Assembly: GCA_021734995.1 (NCBI GenBank)
Contig: JAIPHX010000003.1
Location: 11,969 to 75,968, forward strand
Source of the DNA: Minisyncoccota bacterium
GTDB taxonomy: Bacteria > Patescibacteriota > Minisyncoccia > Phycocordibacterales > UBA9973
Direction: 5' to 3'
DNA length: 64,000 nt
Positions within the stretch are counted from its first letter, which is position 1. Each line of letters opens with the position of its first letter. The position numbers and the translations under genes are program-made. The notes beneath the pieces were generated by a model, which was not told the DNA's origin, ran no database searches, and worked only from the letters and a program-made list of their open reading frames with translations. Below, in pieces: positions 9,122 through 18,387 of this stretch.

Positions 9122-10387
9122 TTATTCAATTACTACACGCTTATTGATGAGTATCAATTTACTCGTAAACGATTGCATCAAATCTCTCTTTTCTTGAAGA
9201 GTTCCTTCTTTAAGAAGATATTTCATATAGTTTCTAACATCTAGTTTTGTCTTTGCTATTTTTTCGTCATTGGTTAGGTCTAATACTTTATTTCTAAACT
9301 CACTATATCTTTCAATTTCTTTTTCAAGTTTTTCTTTTATTCCAACATTATTTATATCTATCCGGTCAATGATTTCAAGTAGTTGGGAAATTAATTCTTC
9401 TTCGCGAATGTAAGTATTTTTACATTGTTTATCATTAAATTTAGTACAACCATAATAAATATATTTTGCTACACTTCCATTCGCTAGATTTTTATGTTTT
9501 TCATCAGCGGTAACTCCCGATTTACACATCCCACATTTTATTAGCCTAGTGAAAGCAAATTCTTTTTCAATTTTTTTGTCATTCTTTTTGGTGTCCAATC
9601 TTTCTTGAACCCTTTGAAATATTTCCTTACTAACTATTGGATCATGTCTTCCTAAGTACCATTTACCTGATTGTCTAGGATATTCAATCATTCCCATGTA
9701 AAAATTATTTCTTAGAATAACTTGGATATTACTAAGAGTTAAAGGTTTTCCGTTTCTAGTTGTAAATTTTACATCTTCTTTTGCCCATTTATATAATTTT
9801 CTTATACTTAAATTTTCATTTAAAGCTTTTTCAAATAATAAACGTACCACATGAGATCTTAATGGGTCTGGTATCACATGACATTTCATAGTCCTATCTG
9901 GATGATTAAGATATCCAGTAGGGGCGACGCTTGGCCAGAGCCCACTCTCTACTCTTGTTCTTAATCCTCGTTTTACATTTATACTTTTATTATCATTTTC
10001 TAATTTTGCTTGTGATCCAAGAATCATTAATAAAAATTTTTCATTTGGGTTGTTTGTGAATCGCTGACTATAAGTTCTGATTTCAATTAATTTCTTTTGA
10101 TCTAGTAAATCAACTATTGCTCCAAGGTCCCCAGCATTTCTGGCGAGACGATCTGGATGCCACACTAGAATTGCATTAAATTTCCCAATACGAATATCAT
10201 TTAGAAGTTGATTGTATACAGGTCTTTGTCCACAATCTTTTGCTGAGTGTGATTCTTTATATATTTCAACAATATTTAAGTTTTCTCTCTGAGATAAGGT
10301 GAGCATCTCCTTTATCTGAGAATCTATAGATAAAGCTTGTTTTTCCTCTGCCTCGCTCGATTTGCGGGCATATAAGCAGTATTTCAT
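9122..10387 (-). CDS. Large serine recombinase (resolvase/invertase catalytic domain + recombinase domain + zinc ribbon)
   Basis: YARKSSEAEEKQALSIDSQ (catalytic Ser) and LVWHPDRLARN motifs, with a Cys-rich C-terminal region (CGMCKS...YYGCTKF...C). The ORF could start 33 codons upstream at 10486. Confidence 0.75.
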   Translation of the reverse strand: MKYCLYARKSSEAEEKQALSIDSQIKEMLTLSQRENLNIVEIYKESHSAKDCGQRPVYNQLLNDIRIGKFNAILVWHPDRLARNAGDLGAIVDLLDQKKLIEIRTYSQRFTNNPNEKFLLMILGSQAKLENDNKSINVKRGLRTRVESGLWPSVAPTGYLNHPDRTMKCHVIPDPLRSHVVRLLFEKALNENLSIRKLYKWAKEDVKFTTRNGKPLTLSNIQVILRNNFYMGMIEYPRQSGKWYLGRHDPIVSKEIFQRVQERLDTKKNDKKIEKEFAFTRLIKCGMCKSGVTADEKHKNLANGSVAKYIYYGCTKFNDKQCKNTYIREEELISQLLEIIDRIDINNVGIKEKLEKEIERYSEFRNKVLDLTNDEKIAKTKLDVRNYMKYLLKEGTLQEKRDLMQSFTSKLILINKRVVIE

Positions 10388-10546
10388 AGTAATGGCTTCT
10401 GTTAGCTTGGGATTTATTAGGATGTTTGTCGCATATGTTTCCATACACACAACATACCGCGAACGTTTATTAAGTCTAGTAAACACATCGAAATGGAGCA
10501 GAAATTTTATAAAGTCAAATATAAAGATGTGATATAATCAACTTAT

Positions 10547-12160
10547 ATGAAAATCTCTAAAATTGAAGTTGAAAATTTTAAATCTATTGAAAAATATGAT
10601 TTTGACTTAAAAGACATTAATATTTTTATTGGTAAAAATAATCACGGTAAAACAAATCTTTTTGATGCATTAGATTGGTTTGATTCTGGAAAAACAGAAC
10701 CTTCTAATTATAGAAACAATGATAGGGCTTTGCTAATAAAAGTGAGATTACATTTCGTCGGAGCTCAGGTAGCAGTTAATGCACTTGAGGATGGTGCATA
10801 TAAAACAGCAATGATAAATGCCCTAGAAGGAACAGATGAGTTTATTGTTGAAAAAGACAGCGAAAACGATAAAAGAGTTTTGATTGTTAACGGCACTACA
10901 AGACCAAATCCAAGAGGTTTTGATTCTGCTCTAAATTATTTTTTACCAAAAATAATTTATGTAACAACAAAACAGCGTTTGTCTGATATTGCTGGTTATA
11001 AATCAAAATCTCCAATCGCAGAAATGTTAGGAGATGTCCTGAAAGATATGGTTGATAATGAACCAAAATATAAGCAATTTCTCGAACTTTTTGATGATCT
11101 TTTTAATGAGAGTGATTCTGTGTTTAGACAATCAGTGAACAACCTACAAGACAGAGTAGAATTTTATCTCGCAAAACAATTTGATGAAGCAGCTGAGGTT
11201 AAATTTCGAATTGAGAATCCTGCTATCGAAGATATGCTTAAGAAATTTGAAACAGAGGTTGATGACGGAATTAAAACAAAAGCTGAACATAAGGGGGATG
11301 GAATGCAACGAGCAGTAATGCTTGCAATTGTTCAAGCATATGCGGATTTTCGAAAAGAAAAAGGTATCGCTAGAACATTTACTTTTCTTATTGATGAAGC
11401 TGAATTACACTTACACCCAACAGCTCAGAGAGCTTTAAAAAATGCCCTCCGTGAGATTGTGGAAAATGAAGGACAAGTACTTATAAATTCACATTCCCCA
11501 ATCTTTGCAAACGAGCTTTTTACAAATCAAAAGATTTATAAAGTAGAAAAGGAAACAGGAGTTTCTCAAGTTAATGAAATTATCACTGAGCAAGAGCAAT
11601 TAGACTCTATTTACCAACTTCTTGGAGGTAGTCCGCAAGACATTTTATTACCAAGTAATTTTATAATTGTTGAAGGACAATCTGAATTCCATCTATTAAA
11701 AAAGCTCATTGAAAAACTATATTTTGATAACAAAAAATGTTCAGCCATTAAAATACTTTTCGCTCGGGGTGATCATGAAAAACATAAAGATATTTATCAT
11801 TGCATTCATCAATGTTATACTCCATTACTTACAAACGGTATTTATAAAAATAAGGTAGTATTTCTCATGGATAGTACAGATCCATCAAAACAAGCCTCTT
11901 TTGATACCTTCAAGGCAACACATAGTTGGCTTATTGAAGGAGAACAACTACATGTTCTAACTGTTCCAGCTATTGAAATGATTTACCCTGATTCATTTAA
12001 AAAAACAAAACTAGAAGTTGATAAAATGACCAATCCAAAAGAAAAAATAAATATTGCTTTAGGTGTAGCAAATTCAATCAACACCAAACAAGAGCTTCAA
12101 GATAAAATGCCAGCAATTTTTAACATGTTAGAGAAAGCAATAGAATTTGCTTATGAATAA
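10547..12160 (+). CDS. OLD-family nuclease (ABC-type ATPase + C-terminal Toprim), solitary class-1-like
   Basis: Walker A GKNNHGKTN. Walker B/D-loop LIDEAELHLHP. H-loop LINSHSPIF. A Toprim-like IIVEGQSEF glutamate is followed by an MDSTD acidic motif. Confidence 0.65.
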   Translation: MKISKIEVENFKSIEKYDFDLKDINIFIGKNNHGKTNLFDALDWFDSGKTEPSNYRNNDRALLIKVRLHFVGAQVAVNALEDGAYKTAMINALEGTDEFIVEKDSENDKRVLIVNGTTRPNPRGFDSALNYFLPKIIYVTTKQRLSDIAGYKSKSPIAEMLGDVLKDMVDNEPKYKQFLELFDDLFNESDSVFRQSVNNLQDRVEFYLAKQFDEAAEVKFRIENPAIEDMLKKFETEVDDGIKTKAEHKGDGMQRAVMLAIVQAYADFRKEKGIARTFTFLIDEAELHLHPTAQRALKNALREIVENEGQVLINSHSPIFANELFTNQKIYKVEKETGVSQVNEIITEQEQLDSIYQLLGGSPQDILLPSNFIIVEGQSEFHLLKKLIEKLYFDNKKCSAIKILFARGDHEKHKDIYHCIHQCYTPLLTNGIYKNKVVFLMDSTDPSKQASFDTFKATHSWLIEGEQLHVLTVPAIEMIYPDSFKKTKLEVDKMTNPKEKINIALGVANSINTKQELQDKMPAIFNMLEKAIEFAYE

Positions 12161-12202
12161 TTAATACTAGCTTATTTCCTACTTTTTATATATATTTATG
12201 TT

Positions 12203-13006
12203 ATGAATGTACTTACATTTTTACCCAAAAAAGATATAGAGAAATTTATAGATAAAGATGCTTACCTTGTTATTGAATATTTATTAAGGAAAGTAGCCTT
12301 TTCTCAACCAGAGGTAAGGAATAAATCTGAACTTTCTGGTATCCAAATAACAAAAGAGTTTTTGGAGGATTGGATAGCTCAAGCATGTAATTTAACAAAA
12401 GTAGGAGCTGGTAATTATCCTATTGATGTATATAGTCAAAATAAGTATGGAATAGATGTTAAATTTTTGACAGCAAAAATAAATAAGAGTGGTGATTATA
12501 CAAATAGCTATTCAAATGAAACTTCACTTAGCCAAAACTTTAAAATTGCCGGATTAGATTTAGATCAAATGTTTGCCAGTAAGAGATACGAAAATATATT
12601 ATCAGCTTGGATAAAAATTCTTGAAACTAAAATAAACATACCTATCAAAGATTTTAAACTGAAAAAAATTTATTATTTTATTTTTATTAGAGCTGGAAAT
12701 AAAGTTTCCTTAGCAATAGCTGATGTTAACAATAAAGAAATAAAAAAACTTACTACAAATAGATCAACAGATTCTTCTGTTTTTGTTCAGAATTTCATTG
12801 AAGATAAATATGGTAATGTAAAAATATATAAAAGTAAAAAAAGAATGGAACTTAGAGTTTTTCCTAAAAAATTAGAAGAGGATAAAAAAATGATCTCTTG
12901 GAATTTTAAAGATTTATATCCAGATATAATTTCACTTAGAGACGTAATTAAACATGAAGAGATAAAAGAGCACACTAAAAAACAGTTCAAAAAATTCTTT
13001 TCTTAG
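12203..13006 (+). CDS. Putative Type II restriction endonuclease (PD-(D/E)xK candidate)
   Basis: Convergent with, and 1 bp from the stop of, the C5-MTase gene. Candidate motif NYPID...GIDVKFLTAK (PD-x12-DVK). No other recognisable domain. Confidence 0.4.
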   Translation: MNVLTFLPKKDIEKFIDKDAYLVIEYLLRKVAFSQPEVRNKSELSGIQITKEFLEDWIAQACNLTKVGAGNYPIDVYSQNKYGIDVKFLTAKINKSGDYTNSYSNETSLSQNFKIAGLDLDQMFASKRYENILSAWIKILETKINIPIKDFKLKKIYYFIFIRAGNKVSLAIADVNNKEIKKLTTNRSTDSSVFVQNFIEDKYGNVKIYKSKKRMELRVFPKKLEEDKKMISWNFKDLYPDIISLRDVIKHEEIKEHTKKQFKKFFS

Positions 13007-13007
13007 A

Positions 13008-14585
13008 TTACTCCATCGCTTTCATCATCTGTTTAGCAACAGCTTCAACAACCGGAACACTAACTGAGTTCCCAAATTGTTTATAAAGTGCTGAATCTGC
13101 TAGATTTGGTAATTTAAAGTTATCAGGAAATCCTTGAATTCTAGCACATTCTCTTGGTGTTAATTTTCTTATCCCTTTTTTATCTTTTATTATCGGCACA
13201 TTGTGTCCACCCATACCCATATTAGCTGTTAGTGTGGGGCAAACACCGCTTTTATTTTCCCTGACATATTGTCTTCTCCATTGATATACCTTTCCTACTT
13301 CTTTTACGTCTTTTTTAAGTTTTTCAAAAAGAGGTTTACCATTATAGTAATATTTCTCAGGAACATTTTTCTCCAATAAATCCGTAATCTTTTTTGTTAA
13401 TTTAACTGGTTGTGGAAATTCAAATTTATCATAATAATCTTTGTTTTTAAACCCGACTATATAGATACGTTCACGATTCTGGGGGACATTACCATACTCC
13501 ATGGTATTTAATACTTTTGCTTTAACATGATAACCCAAGTCGTGTAAGGTTTCTTCGATTACTTTGAAAGTATTGCCTCCATCATGACTTTTTAAATTTT
13601 TTACATTCTCAAGCATAAAACCTTCTGGATTTTTTGCCCTAATAATTTTTGCTATATCAAAGAATAGATTTCCTCTATTTTTTGGATCATCAAATCCTTT
13701 GCGATATCCTGCAATTGAAAATGCCTGACAAGGGAAACCTCCCAAAATGAAATCAAATTCAGGTAAGTCATCAATTCCTAGTTTTCTTATATCTTCAACT
13801 ACAAGTTTTGAGTCTTTGAAGTTAATATCATATGTTTGTTTACATGGAGCATCAAAATCATTTGCAAAGACTGTTTTAAATCCTGCATTTTCAAACCCCA
13901 TTCTTATTCCTCCTATACCAGCAAATAAATCTATTGTTTTAAATCCATGCTTAGTTTTCTTTTGAGACTTCTTCTCTTCTTCCTGTTTTGGGCTACTGAT
14001 TATTTGAACAACCACACCTCTAACCTCAACTTCTTTTCTGTAAAAAGGAAGCATCGATTGATTTCTAGGTTCTAGTCTAAATTTGTTTTTTTCTCTGTAT
14101 AATTTTTTTAATGTTGCTTCATTATCATCAATAATAGCAACAACCGTTTGTCCATTTTCAGCTACTGACTGTTTTTTAATCACCACGATGTCTCCATCAA
14201 ATATTCCTTCTTCAGTCATACTGTCTCCTTGAACCCTGAGAGCATAGTATTCTTTTGGGTTCTTAATACTAGAATTTATTATTGAAATAGTCTCTGTTCT
14301 ATCCTCAATAGCTTCTATTGGCTGTCCAGCGGCGATACTTCCCATTACTGGTATTTCTAAAACTTTAAATGTTTCGATTTTGGGTTCTATACTTCTAGAT
14401 AAATTCTCTGATTTACTTATGTATCCTTTTTCTTTTAATGCGTTTACATGTTCGTGAACAGTAGAGATAGCCTTGAGTTTGAATTTCTTACGTATCTCAT
14501 CATTCGTGGGGGATATGCCATTTTCGGCTATGTATGAGTTAATAAAATCCAATATTAGTTTTTGTTTTTTTGTTAATGATTGCAT
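13008..14585 (-). CDS. LexA-like repressor (HTH + S24 autopeptidase) fused to DNA (cytosine-5)-methyltransferase
   Basis: The N-terminal 200 aa include a winged HTH, cleavage-site-like IAAGQP, the Ser nucleophile GDSM and NGQTVVAIIDDNEATLKKL (LexA Lys region). The C-terminal 325 aa carry MTase motif I DLFAGIGG, motif IV GGFPCQAFS, motif VI ENVKNL, QNRERIYIVGF and motif X GNSVSVPV. The ORF is continuous. Confidence 0.8.
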   Translation of the reverse strand: MQSLTKKQKLILDFINSYIAENGISPTNDEIRKKFKLKAISTVHEHVNALKEKGYISKSENLSRSIEPKIETFKVLEIPVMGSIAAGQPIEAIEDRTETISIINSSIKNPKEYYALRVQGDSMTEEGIFDGDIVVIKKQSVAENGQTVVAIIDDNEATLKKLYREKNKFRLEPRNQSMLPFYRKEVEVRGVVVQIISSPKQEEEKKSQKKTKHGFKTIDLFAGIGGIRMGFENAGFKTVFANDFDAPCKQTYDINFKDSKLVVEDIRKLGIDDLPEFDFILGGFPCQAFSIAGYRKGFDDPKNRGNLFFDIAKIIRAKNPEGFMLENVKNLKSHDGGNTFKVIEETLHDLGYHVKAKVLNTMEYGNVPQNRERIYIVGFKNKDYYDKFEFPQPVKLTKKITDLLEKNVPEKYYYNGKPLFEKLKKDVKEVGKVYQWRRQYVRENKSGVCPTLTANMGMGGHNVPIIKDKKGIRKLTPRECARIQGFPDNFKLPNLADSALYKQFGNSVSVPVVEAVAKQMMKAME

Positions 14586-14671
14586 ATTGATTAAATTATT
14601 TGATTGCGCTACAATTCTATTATAACCGAATATATACCGAAAGTCTAGGCAATATAGGTATAAATAATTAA

Positions 14672-16180
14672 ATGGCTAAACCTAAAATAACAAGAACATA
14701 TGGACCAATACACTTCGAAGATTTAGACCCGAAGCGCTTTGAGGATTTAGCTAGAGAATTAATATATGACTTTAAAGATTGGCAGACAATAGAAGCAACT
14801 GGTAGAGGTGGTAATGATGGGGGTTTTGATGTTAGGGCGTATGAAAAAACTTCTGACATTTCTAATGAAGAAGATAGCGAAGAAAATGAAGAAAAAGTTG
14901 CCCATCCCATGGATGGTAATTTATGGATGATTCAGGGAAAAAGAGAGAAGGAAATTGGTCCTAAAAGAATAAAAGAGATACTAAAAGATGTAGATTCAAA
15001 AAATCCCCCATATGGATATATGTTAGTCGCCTCGGCAAATTTTTCTAAAGATTCTTACGATTCTTTTAGAAAAGAATTAAAAAAGAAAGGAGTAATGGAA
15101 TTTTATCTCTGGGGTAAAGCGGAGTTAGAAGATATGTTACATCTTCCAAAAAATGATCGCATACTATTTACCTTCTTTGGTATTTCGTTGGTAAGCAGAA
15201 GACGGTCTAAATCTGCTGAAGTTAGATCTAAGTTAGTTATTAAGAATAAAATTTATAAAACTCTTGGTGGTAGTTGGGAGTCTTTAAATGACACCTCTGT
15301 TTTAGTCAGAGATATAGATGATATCCATTATCCGTATAAAAATAAATATAAAGATTTTGATAAAAAGCCAAAATGGAAAGAGTATTTTGCTTATGACTAT
15401 CATCCCTTAGGTGTATGGTTCCATACACGCAAATACTACGCTTACGTTGATTTGGCAAAAAAAGAATGGGACTACACTTCTGAAGTAGATTTATTATATC
15501 GACAGGTAAAAAGTGAGAAAGAAAAGGAATTAGAACTTAATAAACGCAATGAAATAAAAACTATATGGGAATTTTTCCCTAATTCTCACAAAGGATATTT
15601 TAACCTAGATGGATTAATAGATTTTGAAAACATACTTTTAGTTGATGATAAGGGAGATAGTTTACACACATTCCCTCACTTCTACGCTGAATATAAAGAT
15701 AAATCTGGACCTTTTGTTGGAGGTTGGGAAAGTTTTACTTTTGAAAACAAAGAGAGAAATATTACTTTAACAAAAGATTGGAAAAGAATAGAGATGTTTC
15801 CAAAAAAGATAAAGAAAATTCCCAATGGTAAAATCCATACAAAGAAAAAAATTATCTTCGATGAAGTTACATTAAAAAATCTAAAGGATTACGACCAAAA
15901 CCTTTTTGCCTTATATGACACAGATGATAAATATAAATTTTTGAATCAAAGAGATATAATCTCGGTGGAAGGTGCAGGAGATGAAGAATATAGTAAAACT
16001 TTTTTACAAATAACTCATAAGTTTAAAGTTAAGGTTAAAGATTATTTAGATCAAAGTAGATTTGGTTGGTTACATAATAGAATAAAAGAACAGCTTGGAA
16101 GGGACTTTGATGAAAACGAAGAAATAAATGTTTATGAATTCAAGAGGGTCTACAAGCGAGAATTTGATGTAAGTGGATAA
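14672..16180 (+). CDS. Mrr-cat-like restriction endonuclease domain protein (N-terminal nuclease + about 340-aa uncharacterised C-terminal region)
   Basis: TGRGGNDGGFDVRA, IQGKR, MLVASANFSKDS and YLWGKAELEDML align with the Mrr_cat consensus (tgrsgDgGiD...VQcK...vTtssFt...LidgeeL). Confidence 0.65.
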   Translation: MAKPKITRTYGPIHFEDLDPKRFEDLARELIYDFKDWQTIEATGRGGNDGGFDVRAYEKTSDISNEEDSEENEEKVAHPMDGNLWMIQGKREKEIGPKRIKEILKDVDSKNPPYGYMLVASANFSKDSYDSFRKELKKKGVMEFYLWGKAELEDMLHLPKNDRILFTFFGISLVSRRRSKSAEVRSKLVIKNKIYKTLGGSWESLNDTSVLVRDIDDIHYPYKNKYKDFDKKPKWKEYFAYDYHPLGVWFHTRKYYAYVDLAKKEWDYTSEVDLLYRQVKSEKEKELELNKRNEIKTIWEFFPNSHKGYFNLDGLIDFENILLVDDKGDSLHTFPHFYAEYKDKSGPFVGGWESFTFENKERNITLTKDWKRIEMFPKKIKKIPNGKIHTKKKIIFDEVTLKNLKDYDQNLFALYDTDDKYKFLNQRDIISVEGAGDEEYSKTFLQITHKFKVKVKDYLDQSRFGWLHNRIKEQLGRDFDENEEINVYEFKRVYKREFDVSG

Positions 16181-16448
16181 CTTAACTACACAATAATTTA
16201 AATTCAAGCTAAGCTTTTAATACCTCTAAAAATGAGGTATAATTTTAGTACAAGTGAATATGAGTAGCCTAAACCATTGAGAAATTGGTGGCATGGTGAA
16301 TAAGTCGCGTTCAACATAAAAACCCTATCATTAGGGCGTTGAACGCGCTGTATGAGGAAACTCATATATGAGACTTCGGTCTCTACCTAGTGGTAGGATT
16401 TTTGCGTCTTATCATAGGATTTATTACTAAAACGCAAAAATAATTTTT

Positions 16449-16919
16449 ATGGAAGAAAAATCAAAGAAAAAGTTTTATAAGAAGTGGTGGTTCTGGGTTA
16501 TTGTTGTAATTGTAGTATTAGCAATTGCTGGTTCATCATCTGATAATAATCAGCCAGTTTCAGTTAAGACTCCAGCGCAAAGTCAATCTGAACAAAAAGT
16601 TGAAGCAATTAAATTGAGTCCGGAAACTTTAAGACAAGCATACAAAGCAAATGAAGTTAATGGTGATAATTTGTACAAAGGAAAACTTGTAGAAATTTCT
16701 GGGACTGTAGACACTATTGGAAAGGATGTAATGAAAGAAGCATATATTACTTTTGAAACACCTGAATCTGTTTCTTTTGATAAGGTTCAATGCATGTTTA
16801 ACCAAACAGAAGAAGCTGGACTAGCTCAGTTAAAGAAAGGGCAAGCTATAAAAGTACAAGGAACAGTATCTGGAGCAACTATAGGAAGTGTAATAGTAAG
16901 AAACTGTAAAATTCAGTAA
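16449..16919 (+). CDS. Membrane-anchored OB-fold (tRNA_anti-like/BOF-type) protein
   Basis: N-terminal TM WWFWVIVVIVVLAIAG. C-terminal KGKLVEISGTV...KVQGTV is an OB-fold-like pattern typical of PF12869. Confidence 0.45.
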   Translation: MEEKSKKKFYKKWWFWVIVVIVVLAIAGSSSDNNQPVSVKTPAQSQSEQKVEAIKLSPETLRQAYKANEVNGDNLYKGKLVEISGTVDTIGKDVMKEAYITFETPESVSFDKVQCMFNQTEEAGLAQLKKGQAIKVQGTVSGATIGSVIVRNCKIQ

Positions 16920-16954
16920 AAATAGTTATTACATAAACATAGCCGATAAATATT

Positions 16955-16992
16955 AAAAGCAATAAGTGGATAACTTATTGCTTTTAATATTT
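16955..16992 (+). terminator. Rho-independent terminator
   Basis: Perfect 12-bp hairpin aaaagcaataag-tggataa-cttattgctttt, followed by an AT-rich run. Confidence 0.6.
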
Positions 16993-17161
16993 TAGATTAT
17001 GAGTTACAATATAAATATATAAGTATGCTTTTTGTTTAAGCGGAGAGCAAACCCTTAAAAGAACTGATTCTAATTTTTAAAGAAGAAGTTTAACCCTAAC
17101 ACTAATCTGGTTCGGGTTTTTTATTTTTAGTCGATTATTATAACTTAATAAATAAAATTTT

Positions 17162-17590
17162 ATGGAAGAAGAAAACAATAAAATAAATAATCAGACAAAG
17201 GATTCATCAGCAATTAGAAAAATATTAATGAGTCGAATGGATAAAAAATACGAAGTATTAGAATATCAAAAAAATCAACAGTCTCGAACTTTTAAAAAGA
17301 AATTGGAGTTTGTTGCTAATCTCCAAAGAACTCATGGAAATATATCTGCTGCTTGTGAACTAAGTGGAATTAAAAGCAGAAAGACAGCTTATAATTGGTT
17401 AGAAAAGGATCCAGAATTGAGATCTATAGTAGATGAATTGATTACAATACAAAATGACGAAATGAATGATGTGGTTTTACACTTAGCGCTTGTAAAACAC
17501 GATGGTCCAACTATAAGACACTATTTAGATCATAATCATCCAGATTATATGAAGCCTAAAAGAATCACAAGGCCCCCATATAATCATTAG
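17162..17590 (+). CDS. Phage terminase small subunit-like / HTH DNA-binding protein
   Basis: HTH NISAACELSGIKSRKTAYNWLEKDPEL resembles terS/transposase-type HTH domains. Length 142 aa. Confidence 0.4.
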   Translation: MEEENNKINNQTKDSSAIRKILMSRMDKKYEVLEYQKNQQSRTFKKKLEFVANLQRTHGNISAACELSGIKSRKTAYNWLEKDPELRSIVDELITIQNDEMNDVVLHLALVKHDGPTIRHYLDHNHPDYMKPKRITRPPYNH

Positions 17591-17617
17591 GGCCAGTGTG
17601 TAATTTTGTTCGCTAAT

Positions 17618-17752
17618 AGCCTGCAAAGTGTGTAAAAATGTATAATTTGTACAGAAAATAACCCGACCTAGACGGGTTATTTTCTGTACCCTATAAATGC
17701 TACAATACCCTTACACACCCGTCTTGGTCTGGTACTAGACCAGACCTTGCAG
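17618..17752. other. Nested inverted-repeat element (17-bp perfect hairpin, 8-bp hairpin, closed by two long-range helices)
   Basis: gtacagaaaataacccg/cgggttattttctgtac (17651-17697). ggtctggt/accagacc (17727-17747). gtgtgtaa/ttacacac and ctgcaa/ttgcag close the structure. Confidence 0.5.
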
Positions 17753-17819
17753 CCATGTTGTGTGTAGCCCGAGATACGTCACATTCTGATATTTTTATCA
17801 TATTATATATAATATAATC

Positions 17820-18350
17820 ATGGAAGAAAAAACAATTAATGCATTAAGATGGATAATTTCAATTTTAAATAAACATAATATTCCATATGGAATAGGAGGA
17901 GGTTTTGCTGCTCACATGTACGGTTCAAATCGTAAAGTAAATGATATAGATTTTTCTTTATCTGGAAAATATTTCCCTATTATTGTTTCAGAAACTAAAG
18001 ATTATATCACCTCTGGTCCTAAACATTATTCAAATGCTAAATGGGATTGTGATACACTCTCACTTAAATATAATGATCAGGAAATAGATATTACTGATAT
18101 CGACACCTTAAGGATGAGCAATAAAGAACAAGATAAATGGTTTAAAACAAAAGATTATTTTCGTAAATATGAAACGGTGCCTATTGAGTTTCAAGGAATG
18201 ATAATTCAATTTATTGACCCTCGTGATTTGGTTGCTTATAAAAAAGAACTGGCTGATCAAAACCATTTATATCAAGCTTCTGATGTTGAAGCAGTAGAAA
18301 AATATATTAAAGCAAAAATCATTCCAGAAAATTTACTTATGTTACAGTAG
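17820..18350 (+). CDS. Aminoglycoside 2''-nucleotidyltransferase ANT(2'')-like protein (PF10706 family)
   Basis: IPYGIGGGFAAHMYGSNRKVNDIDF parallels AadB LPLWIGGGWAIDARLGRVTRKHDDIDL (NTase fold G..D.D). Length 176 aa versus 177 aa for ANT(2'')-Ia. Confidence 0.6.
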   Translation: MEEKTINALRWIISILNKHNIPYGIGGGFAAHMYGSNRKVNDIDFSLSGKYFPIIVSETKDYITSGPKHYSNAKWDCDTLSLKYNDQEIDITDIDTLRMSNKEQDKWFKTKDYFRKYETVPIEFQGMIIQFIDPRDLVAYKKELADQNHLYQASDVEAVEKYIKAKIIPENLLMLQ

Positions 18351-18387
18351 TTGGAGGGCATGTTCTTGTTATAATTTAAAAGATTAT

